Source of the DNA: an uncultured Thermoanaerobaculia bacterium
GTDB lineage: Bacteria > Acidobacteriota > Thermoanaerobaculia > Multivoradales > JAGPDF01
Direction of reading: 5' to 3'
Assembly (NCBI GenBank): GCA_964595975.1
Contig: CAZQTL010000001.1
Location: forward strand, 3,164 to 67,163
DNA length: 64,000 nt
How positions within the stretch are numbered: the first letter of the stretch is position 1; every line of letters starts with the position of its first letter. The notes beneath the pieces are model-generated. The model had not been told where the DNA came from. It ran no database searches and saw nothing but the letters and a program-made list of their open reading frames with translations. This document shows positions 17,796-27,789 of the stretch, in pieces. The position numbers and the translations under genes were made by a program.

Positions 17796-18575
17796 ATGCC
17801 GCACCGCGTCGCTCTCCTCGCCGCGCTCGTCTGCTCGCCCTTCGCCCCGGCGGCGATGGCGGAGGAGAGCGCCGGGGAATCGCGATCCCGTGCCGGTCGT
17901 TTCCGGACGGCTCCGGTGACGATCACTTCGCCGCTCGCCAGCGACACGCTGCACGCCGGCGAGTCGATCGTGCTCTCCTGGCAGGCCCTGCCGGAGATCG
18001 AACGTCACGCGGGACTCGAGGAGTGGGAGGCGTTTCTCTCCCTCGACGACGGCGCGAGCTACACCGTTCGCCTGACCCCGCACCTCGATTTCGATCGCCG
18101 CAGTTTTTCCGCGACGCTGCCGCCGTTCGCCGCCCAGCGCGCGCGGCTGCTGCTGCGTTTCGGCGACGAGCAGGAGGAGCTCGAGTACGAGGTGCCCGGG
18201 GCGTTCGAGATTCGACCCGCGAGCGCTCCAGGCCGCGAACCGCTACTCCTCGCGCGCGGACGCGGCGAGCCGGCCCGGTTGGACGACGCGCTCGATCCGG
18301 GCGTCGCCATCTGGGTCGAGGCGACTCGTGACGGCCAGGCCGCGCGCCTCTTCGTCGCTGCGCCGGATGGTGCCGCTCTCGATGCGATCGAACCCCAGAG
18401 CTGGTTGGGGCTCCGCGTCGCGACCGCCTCCCCCGCGCCGCCAGAAGCCACCTCCGCTGAGCCTGCCACCCATCCTCTTACCGGTCTTTTCGCTTCGACC
18501 CCCACGGCTCTCCCCGCGGCGCCCCGCGCCGCGCCGAGCGAGCCCCGCCGCACCACCTGCCGCCAGAACGAATGA
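17796..18575 (+). CDS. Hypothetical secreted protein
   Basis: 259 aa. It has signal peptide MPHRVALLAALVCSPFAPAAMA and an Ala/Pro-rich C-terminus. I recognise no catalytic motif. Confidence 0.5.
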   Translation: MPHRVALLAALVCSPFAPAAMAEESAGESRSRAGRFRTAPVTITSPLASDTLHAGESIVLSWQALPEIERHAGLEEWEAFLSLDDGASYTVRLTPHLDFDRRSFSATLPPFAAQRARLLLRFGDEQEELEYEVPGAFEIRPASAPGREPLLLARGRGEPARLDDALDPGVAIWVEATRDGQAARLFVAAPDGAALDAIEPQSWLGLRVATASPAPPEATSAEPATHPLTGLFASTPTALPAAPRAAPSEPRRTTCRQNE

Positions 18576-18579
18576 GCCC

Positions 18580-18637
18580 GGGCGCACGCGAGGTGCGCCC
18601 GCCGCCGTCTCCGTTCGGATCCCGCAGAGGGGATCCG
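18580..18637 (+). terminator. Two tandem GC-rich hairpins after the 17796-18575 gene (possible intrinsic terminator or TBDR leader structure)
   Basis: Hairpin 1 is GGGCGCAC-gcgag-GTGCGCCC (18580-18600). Hairpin 2 is CGGATCCC-gcagag-GGGATCCG (18616-18637). Neither is followed by a U-tract. Confidence 0.3.
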
Positions 18638-18672
18638 TACCTAGCTCATGCCTTCTGCTGCAGGAGTGCTCG

Positions 18673-20856
18673 ATGTCCAGAACCTTGCGTCGTGCCTTGA
18701 CGTGTCTCGTCGCCGCGTTCGTCGCCGGTCGCGCGATGGCGGCCTTCGAAGTCCGGCTGACTCTGCCTGGCGGTGCTGCTGCCGCCGGCTTCACCGTGTC
18801 GATCGTCGGTCAACCGGTCACCGCTCTCACCGACGCCGAGGGACGGCTGTCTCTCGACCCCGCGCCAGCAGTGCCCTTCGTGCTCGTCGCCACCTCGCCC
18901 TCCGGGGAGACCTCGGCTCCTTTCGAGGTCGCGGATCCGGCGGTCGGGGAGATCGTCCTGCCGGAGGTGCTGCGGGAGAGCGTCACCGTCGTCTCCGGCG
19001 TCGCCCCCGGCATCGATCTCCTGCCCGCGGCGGCCGCCACCGTCGTCACTCGCGAGGAGCTCGAGCAGCGCGCGCCACAGCGCCTGTTCCAGGCTCTCGA
19101 GTCCGTCGTCGGGACTTCCAAGCTGGGGGATGGCGCCGACTCCGTTCTGGCGGTGCGCAACCTCGGCCGCGGTCGCACCCTGATCCAGATCGACGGCGCG
19201 CGCGTGACGGCCGAGCGCCGCGCCGGACCCTCGGCGACCTTCGTCGACCCGGCGGCGCTCGCCTCCGTCGAGGTCGCCAGGGGGCCCGGCTCCGTGGTCT
19301 ATGGCTCGGACGCTTTCGGCGGCGTGGTCAACGCGGTCACCCGCGACCCCGACCTCGACCGGTTCACGCTCCGCTACGGCGTCGAGGGGTCGTTCGACGC
19401 CTCGGACGAGGCCTCCGGTTTTCTCTCGGCATCGCTGCCGGTCGGCGCGGGGGCTCTGCTCGTCGAAGGGCAGTACCGGGATGCCGGCGACTTTCAGTCC
19501 GGCGGCGGCGAGGAGATCTTCAACTCCGGCTACACGACCTACGGCGGCGCCCTGCGTTACCTCCTGCCGCTGACCGCGGGCCGGCTCCGCCTGGGCCTGA
19601 ATATCGATCGCGTCGAGGATCTCGGCAAGGCGGCGATCGACTCGCGGCAGATCCGCGCCTACTATCCGAAGGAGGACTCGGACCGTCTGACGGCGTCCTG
19701 GATCGGCTCCGCGGGCGCCTGGGACGCGCTCGAGGCTACTGCCTTCTACGGCACCTACGACATCGTCCTCGATCGCGACCGCGCTCCGACATCCTCCGCG
19801 AACCGGCGAATCGACCGTGCCGACACCCGCGCGAAGGATGCTTCGGCGCGATTCGTCGCCGGCCGGCCGCTCGCGGGCGGGCGTCTTCAGGCCGGACTCG
19901 ACCTGGTCACACGCTTCGACCTCGAGTCGGTCTTCTCACAGATCCGCTATGCGGCCGACGCCGCGACGGTCGTCCGCGTCGATCTCTTTCCGGCGATCGA
20001 CGACGCCCAGAAGCTCGACTCCGGCCTGTTCGCGACGTGGAGCCGGCCGCTCGCCGACCGCGTCTCGCTCGCCCTCGGCGCCCGCGGGGACTATGTCGAA
20101 ACCGAGAACCGCGGGGGCTACTTCGGCGATCATTCCGCCGACGCCAGCGCCTTCTCGGGAAACCTCTCCGTCGCTTTCGGACCCTACTCCGGCTGGACGA
20201 CCACCGCGCAGCTGGCGCGCGGCTTCCGGACGCCGACGCTCTCGGACCTCTACTTCCGCGGGCCCTCCGGGCGCGGTTTCGTCATCGGCAACCCGGAGCT
20301 CGAGCCCGAGACGAGCCTGCAGTGGGACCTCGGCACGCGCTGGCGCAGCGGCACGACGGCGGTCGGACTGTTCGCCTACCGGTACGAGATCGACAACCTC
20401 ATCGAGCGCTACAGCGCCGGCGACAACTTCCAGTTCCGCAATCGCGGGCAGGGCACCATCGAGGGCATCGAGGCCGAGATCCAGACGACGATCGGCGACG
20501 ACTGGAGCCTCGAGGGCGGTATCGCGGTCTCGGACGGCAGCACGGACGGCGGAGCCGAGATCGACGACATCGCGCCGCCCAACGGCTGGGTGACGTTGCG
20601 TTACTCGTTTTCCCGCGCCTACGTCTTCGGGCGCGTCACGAGCTTCCTCTCCCAGGACGAGCCGGGGCCGACGGAGCTCGAACGCGACGGCTACACGCTG
20701 TTCGATGCCGGCGGTGGCTTCCGGTTCAGCGAGGCGATCGAGCTCCGGCTGATGGTGCGCAACCTCGGCGACAGGCGCTACTACGCGGCGGCCGACAACG
20801 CCGCGGATCTTGCCACCGGCCGGGTCGTCTCGCTGGCGGTGTCGGGAGGTTTCTAG
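18673..20856 (+). CDS. TonB-dependent receptor with N-terminal carboxypeptidase-regulatory-like domain
   Basis: The ATG at 18673 gives signal peptide MSRTLRRALTCLVAAFVAGRAMA. Plug-domain motifs follow (VVTREELEQR, IDGARV, VEVARGPGSVVYGSDAFGGVVN). A long beta-barrel ends in ...LAVSGGF. Confidence 0.85.
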   Translation: MSRTLRRALTCLVAAFVAGRAMAAFEVRLTLPGGAAAAGFTVSIVGQPVTALTDAEGRLSLDPAPAVPFVLVATSPSGETSAPFEVADPAVGEIVLPEVLRESVTVVSGVAPGIDLLPAAAATVVTREELEQRAPQRLFQALESVVGTSKLGDGADSVLAVRNLGRGRTLIQIDGARVTAERRAGPSATFVDPAALASVEVARGPGSVVYGSDAFGGVVNAVTRDPDLDRFTLRYGVEGSFDASDEASGFLSASLPVGAGALLVEGQYRDAGDFQSGGGEEIFNSGYTTYGGALRYLLPLTAGRLRLGLNIDRVEDLGKAAIDSRQIRAYYPKEDSDRLTASWIGSAGAWDALEATAFYGTYDIVLDRDRAPTSSANRRIDRADTRAKDASARFVAGRPLAGGRLQAGLDLVTRFDLESVFSQIRYAADAATVVRVDLFPAIDDAQKLDSGLFATWSRPLADRVSLALGARGDYVETENRGGYFGDHSADASAFSGNLSVAFGPYSGWTTTAQLARGFRTPTLSDLYFRGPSGRGFVIGNPELEPETSLQWDLGTRWRSGTTAVGLFAYRYEIDNLIERYSAGDNFQFRNRGQGTIEGIEAEIQTTIGDDWSLEGGIAVSDGSTDGGAEIDDIAPPNGWVTLRYSFSRAYVFGRVTSFLSQDEPGPTELERDGYTLFDAGGGFRFSEAIELRLMVRNLGDRRYYAAADNAADLATGRVVSLAVSGGF

Positions 20857-20857
20857 C

Positions 20858-22234
20858 CTAGGCGTTCGCGCGCCGCAGATACGCGTAAGCCGGCAGGCCG
20901 AGCGCCACGAGCCCGAGTCCGAGCAGCGACTCGACCGGGCGCTCGGCCACCGTATTGACCAGCAGCACCGCCATCGCGCCGAGGAAGGCGATCGGCACCC
21001 ACGGGTAGCCCCAGACGCGGTAGGGCCGGACGGCCTCGGGCCGCCGGCGGCGAAGCACGAAGACCGCGGCGCCCGCCAGGACGTGGAAGAGCACCGTGAC
21101 CAGGACGGCGTAGGTATAGAGCTGGCTGTAGCTGCCGGAGAGCGTCAGCAGCACCGCCCAGAGGCTCTGCGCCCAGAGGCTGCGGGCGGGAACGTGGCTG
21201 ACAGGGTCGATCCGCGCCAGCGAGCGGAAGAAGAGCCCGTCTTCGGCCATCGGATGGTAGATCCGTGAGCTGTAGAGAATCGTCGCCGCCAGGCAGCCGA
21301 AGGTCGAGATGACGACCGCCGCCGCCAGCCACTGGCCGGCGGCCCGACCGAGGAGGATCGTCGCCGCAGCTTCGCCGATGCGCGATTCACCGGCGATTTG
21401 GGCGACCGGCATCGCCCGCAGGTAGACGAAGTTGATCAGGATGTAGAGGCCGGTGATGATCGCCGTACCGCCGATGAGGCCGAGCGGGAGCGATCGCCCG
21501 GGGTTCTTCATCTCGCCGGCGGAGAAGGTCAGTCCGTACCAGCCGTCGTACGTCCACAGCGCGGCGATCATGGCGACGCCGAAAGCGGCGAGGAGGCCGC
21601 TCGCGGGCAGCGGAGCGGCGAGACCGAGCACGCTCCTGGCGGGGACGAGGTAGCCGAGGAGCGCCACGCCGACGATGGCGCCCATCTTGATCACGGTCAT
21701 CACGTTCTGGACCGCCGCCCCCTGTTTCAGGCCGAAGTGGTTCACCGCCGTGAGCACGAGGATCGCCGCCGCGCCGACGATCTGCACGCCAGTCAGGTTC
21801 CACGTCCAGCTGCCGATCGTCTGCGTCGCCAGCACGTTGGCAGTCGAGGAGTAGGGGAAGAACGCGCCGAGATACTCGCCGAAGCCGACGGCGATCGCCG
21901 CGATGCCGCCCGACATCATCACCAGGAAGCAGGACCAGCCGTAGAGGAAACCGGGCAGCGGGCCGTAGGCCTCCTTGAGGAAGAGGTAGATCCCGCCGGC
22001 GCGCGGGAACATCGCGCCGAGCTCGGCGTAGGTCAGCGCCCCGGCGAGCGACAGCAGACCGCCGGCGAGCCAGACCAGGATGAGCATGCCGCCGTGCGGC
22101 AGGACCTTGGCGATGTCGGAGGAGACCAGGAAGATTCCGGTGCCGATGACGCTGCCGACGGTGAGCAGCACGCCGTCCCAGACACCCAGACCCCGCACCA
22201 GCTCGCCGCGCGGTGCAGCACTCTCTTTGGACAT
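20858..22234 (-). CDS. APC family amino acid permease
   Basis: 458 aa with about 12 TM segments. The N-terminal signature LGVWDGVLLTVGSVIGTGIF is typical of amino acid/polyamine/organocation transporters. Confidence 0.8.
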   Translation of the reverse strand: MSKESAAPRGELVRGLGVWDGVLLTVGSVIGTGIFLVSSDIAKVLPHGGMLILVWLAGGLLSLAGALTYAELGAMFPRAGGIYLFLKEAYGPLPGFLYGWSCFLVMMSGGIAAIAVGFGEYLGAFFPYSSTANVLATQTIGSWTWNLTGVQIVGAAAILVLTAVNHFGLKQGAAVQNVMTVIKMGAIVGVALLGYLVPARSVLGLAAPLPASGLLAAFGVAMIAALWTYDGWYGLTFSAGEMKNPGRSLPLGLIGGTAIITGLYILINFVYLRAMPVAQIAGESRIGEAAATILLGRAAGQWLAAAVVISTFGCLAATILYSSRIYHPMAEDGLFFRSLARIDPVSHVPARSLWAQSLWAVLLTLSGSYSQLYTYAVLVTVLFHVLAGAAVFVLRRRRPEAVRPYRVWGYPWVPIAFLGAMAVLLVNTVAERPVESLLGLGLVALGLPAYAYLRRANA

Positions 22235-22296
22235 TGGGGCGGATCCTACACGGGCCGGGCCGCGGTTTCCCGCCTTGCGTTACACTTTGAAAAATC

Positions 22297-23508
22297 ATGT
22301 CCGACACCGACCTGCTGCAGATCGTCGATTCCGAGATCGGGACTCTCGCGCCGGTCGATCTCGCCGCCGAGCTCGTGCGCATTCCGAGTCACCCCGGAAT
22401 CGAGCGACAGGAGGAGCGCGTCGTCATGGCGTTGGCGCGCTTCTTCGGCGAGCGCGACCTCGGCGTGCAGCTCGAGGAGGTTCTCCCCGGCCGGGCCAAC
22501 CTCCTCGTCAGCATCGGCGGCGCGCGCCCCGGCCCGCATCTGCTCCTTTGCGGACACACCGACACGGTGCCTCTCAACACCGGCGATCCCGGTGTCGGTC
22601 TGTCGGGCGAGGTTCGCGAGGGGCGGCTCCTCGGCCGCGGTGCGGTGGACATGAAAGGGGCGCTCGCCGCGATGGCGACAGCGGTCGTGTCGCTGTCGCG
22701 TCACCTGCCGGCGGGCCGGGTCTCCTTTGCCGCGGTCATCGACGAGGAGATGGAGAGTCTCGGCGCCGAGCAGCTGGTCGACACCAGCTTCCGCGCCGAC
22801 GGCGCGGTGGTCGGCGAACCGACGCAGAACCGGATCGCTCTCGGGCACAAGGGGCTCGAGTGGCTCGAGGTTCACTTCCAGGGGCGCTCGGCGCACGGCG
22901 GCACTCCCGAGAAGGGGGTCAACGCGGTGTCGGCGGCGGGCATGTTCCTGGCGATGGTCGAGAACGAGCTCAAGCCGCGCCTGCTGGCGCGGAGGCATCC
23001 GATTCTCGGGCCGCCGACACTGAACTTCGGAACGATCCGCGGCGGCGACCAGCCGTCGACGGTCGCGGCGACCTGCCTGCTGACGCTCGATCGCCGCACG
23101 GTACCGGGAGAGAACTTCCAGAGCATCGTGGCCGAGTTGACCGACCTCCTGGAACGCGTCGAGCGCGGCTTCCCCGGTCTCCACACCGTCGTGCGCCGCG
23201 TGCAGGGCGGCATGGGCAACCTCCTGCACGTCGCGTTGGTGACGCCTCCCGAGGCGCCGCTCGCCATGGCTGCCCAGGCCGCCCGGCGCGGCGTCTGCGG
23301 CGAGGTCGGCGAGCTGACGACCTTCCCCGCCTGGACCGACGGCGCCCTGCTCTCCGGCTACGCCGGGATCCCGACGATCATCCTCGGCCCCGGCGAGCTC
23401 TCGCTCGCGCACTCTCCGCGCGAGTCGGTGCCGGTCGGCGAGATCACCGAGGCCGCCCGGATCTACGCCCACCTGGCGCTGGCATTCTGCGCCGGGGTAG
23501 GGATGTGA
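22297..23508 (+). CDS. M20 family metallohydrolase (ArgE/DapE/ACY1-like)
   Basis: 403 aa with motifs GHTDTVP, GRGAVDMKG, IDEE and GRSAHGG. Confidence 0.8.
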   Translation: MSDTDLLQIVDSEIGTLAPVDLAAELVRIPSHPGIERQEERVVMALARFFGERDLGVQLEEVLPGRANLLVSIGGARPGPHLLLCGHTDTVPLNTGDPGVGLSGEVREGRLLGRGAVDMKGALAAMATAVVSLSRHLPAGRVSFAAVIDEEMESLGAEQLVDTSFRADGAVVGEPTQNRIALGHKGLEWLEVHFQGRSAHGGTPEKGVNAVSAAGMFLAMVENELKPRLLARRHPILGPPTLNFGTIRGGDQPSTVAATCLLTLDRRTVPGENFQSIVAELTDLLERVERGFPGLHTVVRRVQGGMGNLLHVALVTPPEAPLAMAAQAARRGVCGEVGELTTFPAWTDGALLSGYAGIPTIILGPGELSLAHSPRESVPVGEITEAARIYAHLALAFCAGVGM

Positions 23509-24851
23509 AGCTCAAGGTCCCGCACACCTTCGTCCTGCTGTTCGCGCTCGTCGTGCTGGCGGCGATGGCGACGTACTTCCTGCCGGCGGGGGAGTATCTG
23601 CGCACCGAAGTCGGGGGGCGCAAGCTCGTCGATCCCGAGTCCTATCGCCCGATCCCGGCGCACCCGGCAGGTCTGGGCGACGTCTTTCTCGCCTGGCCGC
23701 GCGGGCTCGCGGCGACGGCGTCGATCGTCTTCTACATCTTCATCATCGGCGGCGCCTTCGGCGTGCTGCAGGCGACCGGCGCGCTCGACGCGCTCATCGC
23801 CGGCGTGGTCGCGGCGGCGCGCGGGCGGGGCGAGGTCATTCTGCCGGCGCTCATGTTCCTGTTCGCCCTCGGTGGCGGCACGATCGGCATGGCGGAGGAG
23901 ACGCTGCCGTTCCTGCCCGGCCTGGTGCTGCTCGCCCGGCGGCTGGGATACGACGAGGTGGTCGGCGGGGCGATCGCCCTGGTCGGCGCCGGCGCCGGCT
24001 TCTCGGGCGCCTTCATGAACCCGTTCACCGTCGGCGTCGGACAGGCGATCGCCGGTCTGCCGCTGTTCTCGGGCATGACCTATCGGCTGATCGTCTGGTT
24101 TGTGCTGACGACGGTGACGATCGTCTACGTCTCCTGGTATGCGCGCCGACATCGCATCGCGGTCGCGCCCGCGGACCCGTCCGCCCCTGCCGCCGTCCGC
24201 CTGGGCGGGCGCCAGGCCGGCGTGCTGCTGATCCTTCTCGCGGCGTTCGTTCTGCTCGCGGTCGGTTGTCTGCGCTGGGAGTGGGGGCTGCTCGAGCTCT
24301 CCGGCCTGTTCATCGCCGTCGGCCTGCTCGGCGGCCTCGTTGGCGGGCTGGGTGCCGACGGTACCGCCGAGGAGTTTCTCAAGGGGGCGGCGGGCTTCGC
24401 CGGCGCCGCCCTGGCCGCCGGCCTGGCGCGCGGCGTGCTGGTCATCTTCGACGCCGCCCGGGTCACCGACGGCATCCTGCACGCGATGGCCGAGGCGGTG
24501 CGCGGACTCCCGGCAGGAGCGACGGTCGCCGGAATTTACGTCGTGCAGATCGTGCTGTCGTACATCGTGCCCTCCGGCAGCGGTCAGGCGGCGCTGTCGC
24601 TGCCGATCCTCACGCCGCTCGCCGACCTCACCGGCGTCACCCGGCAGACCAGCGTCCTCGCCTACCAGTTCGGCGACGGCTTCTCGAACATCTTCACCCC
24701 GACGCAGGGCTACTTCATGGCCGGCCTGGCGCTCATCGGCGTGCCGTGGACCCGCTGGGCGAAGTTCCTCTGGCCGCTGCAGGTCATCTGGCTGCTCCTC
24801 GGGCTCGCTTTCCTGTTGATCGCCCAGGCGATGCGCTGGGGTCCGTTCTAG
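23505..24851 (+). CDS. YfcC-family (DcuC/AbgT-like fold) membrane transporter
   Basis: GTG start overlapping the M20 gene stop. The N-terminus VKLKVPHTFVLLFALVVLAAMATYFLPAGEY is characteristic of YfcC-type carriers. The protein is polytopic. Confidence 0.7.
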   Translation: MKLKVPHTFVLLFALVVLAAMATYFLPAGEYLRTEVGGRKLVDPESYRPIPAHPAGLGDVFLAWPRGLAATASIVFYIFIIGGAFGVLQATGALDALIAGVVAAARGRGEVILPALMFLFALGGGTIGMAEETLPFLPGLVLLARRLGYDEVVGGAIALVGAGAGFSGAFMNPFTVGVGQAIAGLPLFSGMTYRLIVWFVLTTVTIVYVSWYARRHRIAVAPADPSAPAAVRLGGRQAGVLLILLAAFVLLAVGCLRWEWGLLELSGLFIAVGLLGGLVGGLGADGTAEEFLKGAAGFAGAALAAGLARGVLVIFDAARVTDGILHAMAEAVRGLPAGATVAGIYVVQIVLSYIVPSGSGQAALSLPILTPLADLTGVTRQTSVLAYQFGDGFSNIFTPTQGYFMAGLALIGVPWTRWAKFLWPLQVIWLLLGLAFLLIAQAMRWGPF

Positions 24852-24861
24852 GAGTCCGCCG

Positions 24862-26184
24862 GTGCCGCATCGCTTCCCCGACAGCGCCGTCTTCTACCGC
24901 AAGCTGCGGCACGACTTCCCCCTGGCGGTGCGCGCGACCGGCGCGTGGATCGAGGACGAGAGCGGCCGCCGCTGGCTGGACGCCTCGGGGGGCGCGGTGG
25001 TCGCCAACCTCGGGCACGGCGGTCCGCTCGCCGGCGAGATCGCCGAAGCGGTGGCGGCCGAGATCCGCGGCCTGGGCTACATCAACGGCACCCAGTTCAC
25101 CCATCGCGCGGTCGAAGACCTGGCGCGGGAGCTGACGGCTCTCACTCCAGGCGATCTCGACTTCGCCTACTTTCTCGCCAGCGGATCGGAGGCGATCGAG
25201 GCGGCGGTGAAGCTGGCGCGACAGTTCCAGGTGGAATCGGGAAGGCCGGAGAAGTGGAAAGTGATCTCGCGCGTGCCGTCGTACCACGGCAACACCCTGG
25301 CGGCGCTGGCGCTCTCCGGCCGCGAGCATTACCGCACGATCTTCGGACCGCTGCTCCTCGACCTGCCGCGGATCCCGGCGCCCGACATGTACCGCGATCC
25401 GCTGGGGCCGGGGGCCACCGGCGCCGCGCTCGAAGCGGAGATCCTGCGCCACGGGCCCGAGACCGTGGCGGCGTTCATCGCCGAGCCGATCGGCGGCTCC
25501 TCCTCGGGAGCGACGGTGCCGTCGCGCGCCTACTGGGACAACGTCGCCGCCATCTGTCGCCGCTACGACATCCTGCTCATCGCCGACGAGGTGCTGTGCG
25601 GCATGGGGCGAACGGGGCGGATGTTCGCCTGCGAGCATTTCGACCTCCTGCCCGACATCCTGGTGCTCGGCAAGGGGCTGAACGCCGGCGCGCTGCCGCT
25701 CTCGGTGGTGGTCGCCCGCCGTCCGCTGGTCGAGCTCCTCGCGGCGGGCAGCGGCGCCTTCAATCACGCCCAGACCTACTCGCATCAGCCGGCGCTCTGC
25801 GCGGCGGGGCTCGCGACGCTGCGCGCTCTCGTCGCCGAGCGGCTCGTCGAGCGCGTCGCGCGCCTCGAGGCGCCCTTTTTCGGCGGACTGGCGCGCCTGC
25901 GCGAACATCCCGTAGTCGGAGACGTTCGCGGCAAGGGTTTCCTCGCCGCGCTCGAGTTCGTCGCCGACCGCCCGTCGAAGCGGCCGTTCGAGCGCGCCGC
26001 GCGCTTCGCCGAGCGCTTCACCGAACGCGCGTTCGCCAACGGCCTGATCGTCTGGCCGAACGCCGGCAACGTCGACGGCACGAGCGGCGACCTGGTCATC
26101 GTCGCGCCGCCTTTCACCGCCACCGAGGACGAGCTCGAGGAGATTCTCCGCCGCCTCGACAGCACCCTGAAGGAGATGAAATGA
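24862..26184 (+). CDS. Class III (omega-type) PLP aminotransferase
   Basis: 440 aa. Motifs SGSEAIEAAVKLAR and IADEV..G.GRTG are present. The layout matches the aspartate aminotransferase family I/III omega-transaminase type. Confidence 0.8.
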   Translation: MPHRFPDSAVFYRKLRHDFPLAVRATGAWIEDESGRRWLDASGGAVVANLGHGGPLAGEIAEAVAAEIRGLGYINGTQFTHRAVEDLARELTALTPGDLDFAYFLASGSEAIEAAVKLARQFQVESGRPEKWKVISRVPSYHGNTLAALALSGREHYRTIFGPLLLDLPRIPAPDMYRDPLGPGATGAALEAEILRHGPETVAAFIAEPIGGSSSGATVPSRAYWDNVAAICRRYDILLIADEVLCGMGRTGRMFACEHFDLLPDILVLGKGLNAGALPLSVVVARRPLVELLAAGSGAFNHAQTYSHQPALCAAGLATLRALVAERLVERVARLEAPFFGGLARLREHPVVGDVRGKGFLAALEFVADRPSKRPFERAARFAERFTERAFANGLIVWPNAGNVDGTSGDLVIVAPPFTATEDELEEILRRLDSTLKEMK

Positions 26185-27767
26185 GCCAGGCCCGCCGCAT
26201 CACCTACACATCGACCGCCGCCGACCCCGAGTTCCGGGCCACTTTCGACCGCGAGCTGGCGCGCGTTCGCGCGCGCTTTCCTCTCGCCCTCGGGGGCAAC
26301 GTCGGCGAGGGTCCGGTCGAAGGTCTGCCGGAGCACCCTGTCGTCTCGCCGATCGACACGCGCCTGGTCGTCGCCGAAGTCGCGATCGCGATGCCGGGAG
26401 AGGTCGACGCCGCCGTCGGCTTCGCCCGCTCCGCCTTTCCCCGCTGGCGGGCGCTGGCGTGGGAACGCCGGGTCGAGATCGTGCGCGAAGCGGCCGAGCG
26501 CATCGCGGCGCGCAACCTCGAGCTCGCCGCCTGGATGCTCTACGAGGTCGGCAAGACCCGCCTCGAGGCGATGGCCGAGGTCGAGGAGTCGGCGGACCTG
26601 TTGCGCTACTACGCCGAGCGCCTCGAGGCGAATGGCGGCTATCGCCGGCCTCTCGCCCGCATGAGCCCCGCCGAAACCACCGAGAGCGTGTTGTTGCCCT
26701 ACGGCGTCTGGGCGGTCGTTTCACCGTTCAACTTCCCGTCGGCGCTCGCCGCCGGGATGATCGCCGGCGCCCTCCTCGGCGGCAACACCGTGGTCTTCAA
26801 GCCGGCGCTCGATGCGCCGGTCACCGGCGAGCTTCTCTGCGAGGCCTTCTGGGGAGCCGGCGTGCCGCGCGACGCATTGCAGCTCGTGCACGGCCCCGGG
26901 GCGACGATCGGCGCGGCGCTGCTCGCCGACGAGCGTATCGCCGGCATCGCCTTCACCGGCTCGTCCGAGATCGGCATGCAGATCGTGCGGGCTGCGGCGG
27001 AAGGGGCGGCCGGCAGCGGTCCGCGCCCGGTGGTGGTCGAGATGGGGGGCAAGAACGCCTGTCTGGTCACCGCCACCGCCGACCTCGACGCCGCTGCGGA
27101 GGCGGTCGCACGCTCCGCCTTCGGCTTCGGCGGCCAGAAGTGCAGCGCCTGTTCGCGGGTCTACGTCGAGCGCACCGTGTCCCGCCCGTTCCTCGAGCGG
27201 CTCCTGGCGCGGGCGCACGCGATGGAAGTGGGCGACCCGGCCAGCGGCGACCCGGCGCTCGGGCCGGTCATCCGCCAGGGCGCGGTGGCGAGCTTTCGCC
27301 GCTACGTCGAAGGCATCGCCGCCTGCGGCGGCGAGATCGCCTGCGGCGGCACCGTGCTCGACCAGGGGCCGCTCGCCCACGGCTTCTACGTCACGCCGAC
27401 GATCGCCCACCTGCCGGACGCCGAGCATCCGTACTTCGCCGAGGAGATGTTCCTGCCGATCCTCCTGTTCCAGGAGGTGGAGGACCTGGCGGAGGGGATC
27501 GCGCGCGCCAATGCCGTGCCCTACGGTCTCACCGCCGGCCTGTTCAGCACCGACGAGCGGGAGAAGGAGTACTTCCTGGAGCGGATCGAGGCGGGGGTGA
27601 TCTACGTCAACCGGCGCAGCGGCGCGACGACCGGCGCCTGGCCGGGGATCAACCCCTTCGGCGGCTGGAAAGCGAGCGGAGCGCCCGGACCTGCAGCGCT
27701 CGGCCCCGACTACCTGTTGAACTTCGTCCGCGAGCAGAGCCGAACGGTGAACGGCTTCGGCGGGTGA
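26181..27767 (+). CDS. Aldehyde dehydrogenase family protein
   Basis: The ATG at 26181 overlaps the aminotransferase stop (ATGA). Motifs FKPA, VEMGGKNA, GQKCSACSR and PFGGWKASG are present. Confidence 0.85.
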   Translation: MSQARRITYTSTAADPEFRATFDRELARVRARFPLALGGNVGEGPVEGLPEHPVVSPIDTRLVVAEVAIAMPGEVDAAVGFARSAFPRWRALAWERRVEIVREAAERIAARNLELAAWMLYEVGKTRLEAMAEVEESADLLRYYAERLEANGGYRRPLARMSPAETTESVLLPYGVWAVVSPFNFPSALAAGMIAGALLGGNTVVFKPALDAPVTGELLCEAFWGAGVPRDALQLVHGPGATIGAALLADERIAGIAFTGSSEIGMQIVRAAAEGAAGSGPRPVVVEMGGKNACLVTATADLDAAAEAVARSAFGFGGQKCSACSRVYVERTVSRPFLERLLARAHAMEVGDPASGDPALGPVIRQGAVASFRRYVEGIAACGGEIACGGTVLDQGPLAHGFYVTPTIAHLPDAEHPYFAEEMFLPILLFQEVEDLAEGIARANAVPYGLTAGLFSTDEREKEYFLERIEAGVIYVNRRSGATTGAWPGINPFGGWKASGAPGPAALGPDYLLNFVREQSRTVNGFGG

Positions 27768-27789
27768 TCGCGGCGTCAGGCTCTGTCCG

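Noticed and set aside
15962-17947. A 661-aa ORF on the minus strand, antisense to pruA. Similar long antisense or out-of-frame ORFs occur at 38936-41761 (941 aa), 45640-48066 (808 aa), 50896-54708 (1270 aa), 57964-60981 (1005 aa), 32209-34824 (871 aa) and 44694-47189 (831 aa).
   Set aside because: All are dominated by Arg/Gly/Pro/Ala/Asp with no recognisable motif. Each lies opposite, or out of frame with, a gene that has strong family signatures. Long spurious open frames are expected at this GC content because stop codons are AT-rich.
18576-18672. A riboswitch (e.g. cobalamin) in front of the TonB-dependent receptor.
   Set aside because: The spacer is only ~97 nt and contains just two simple hairpins. 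It is too short for, and lacks the conserved cores of, known TBDR-associated riboswitches.
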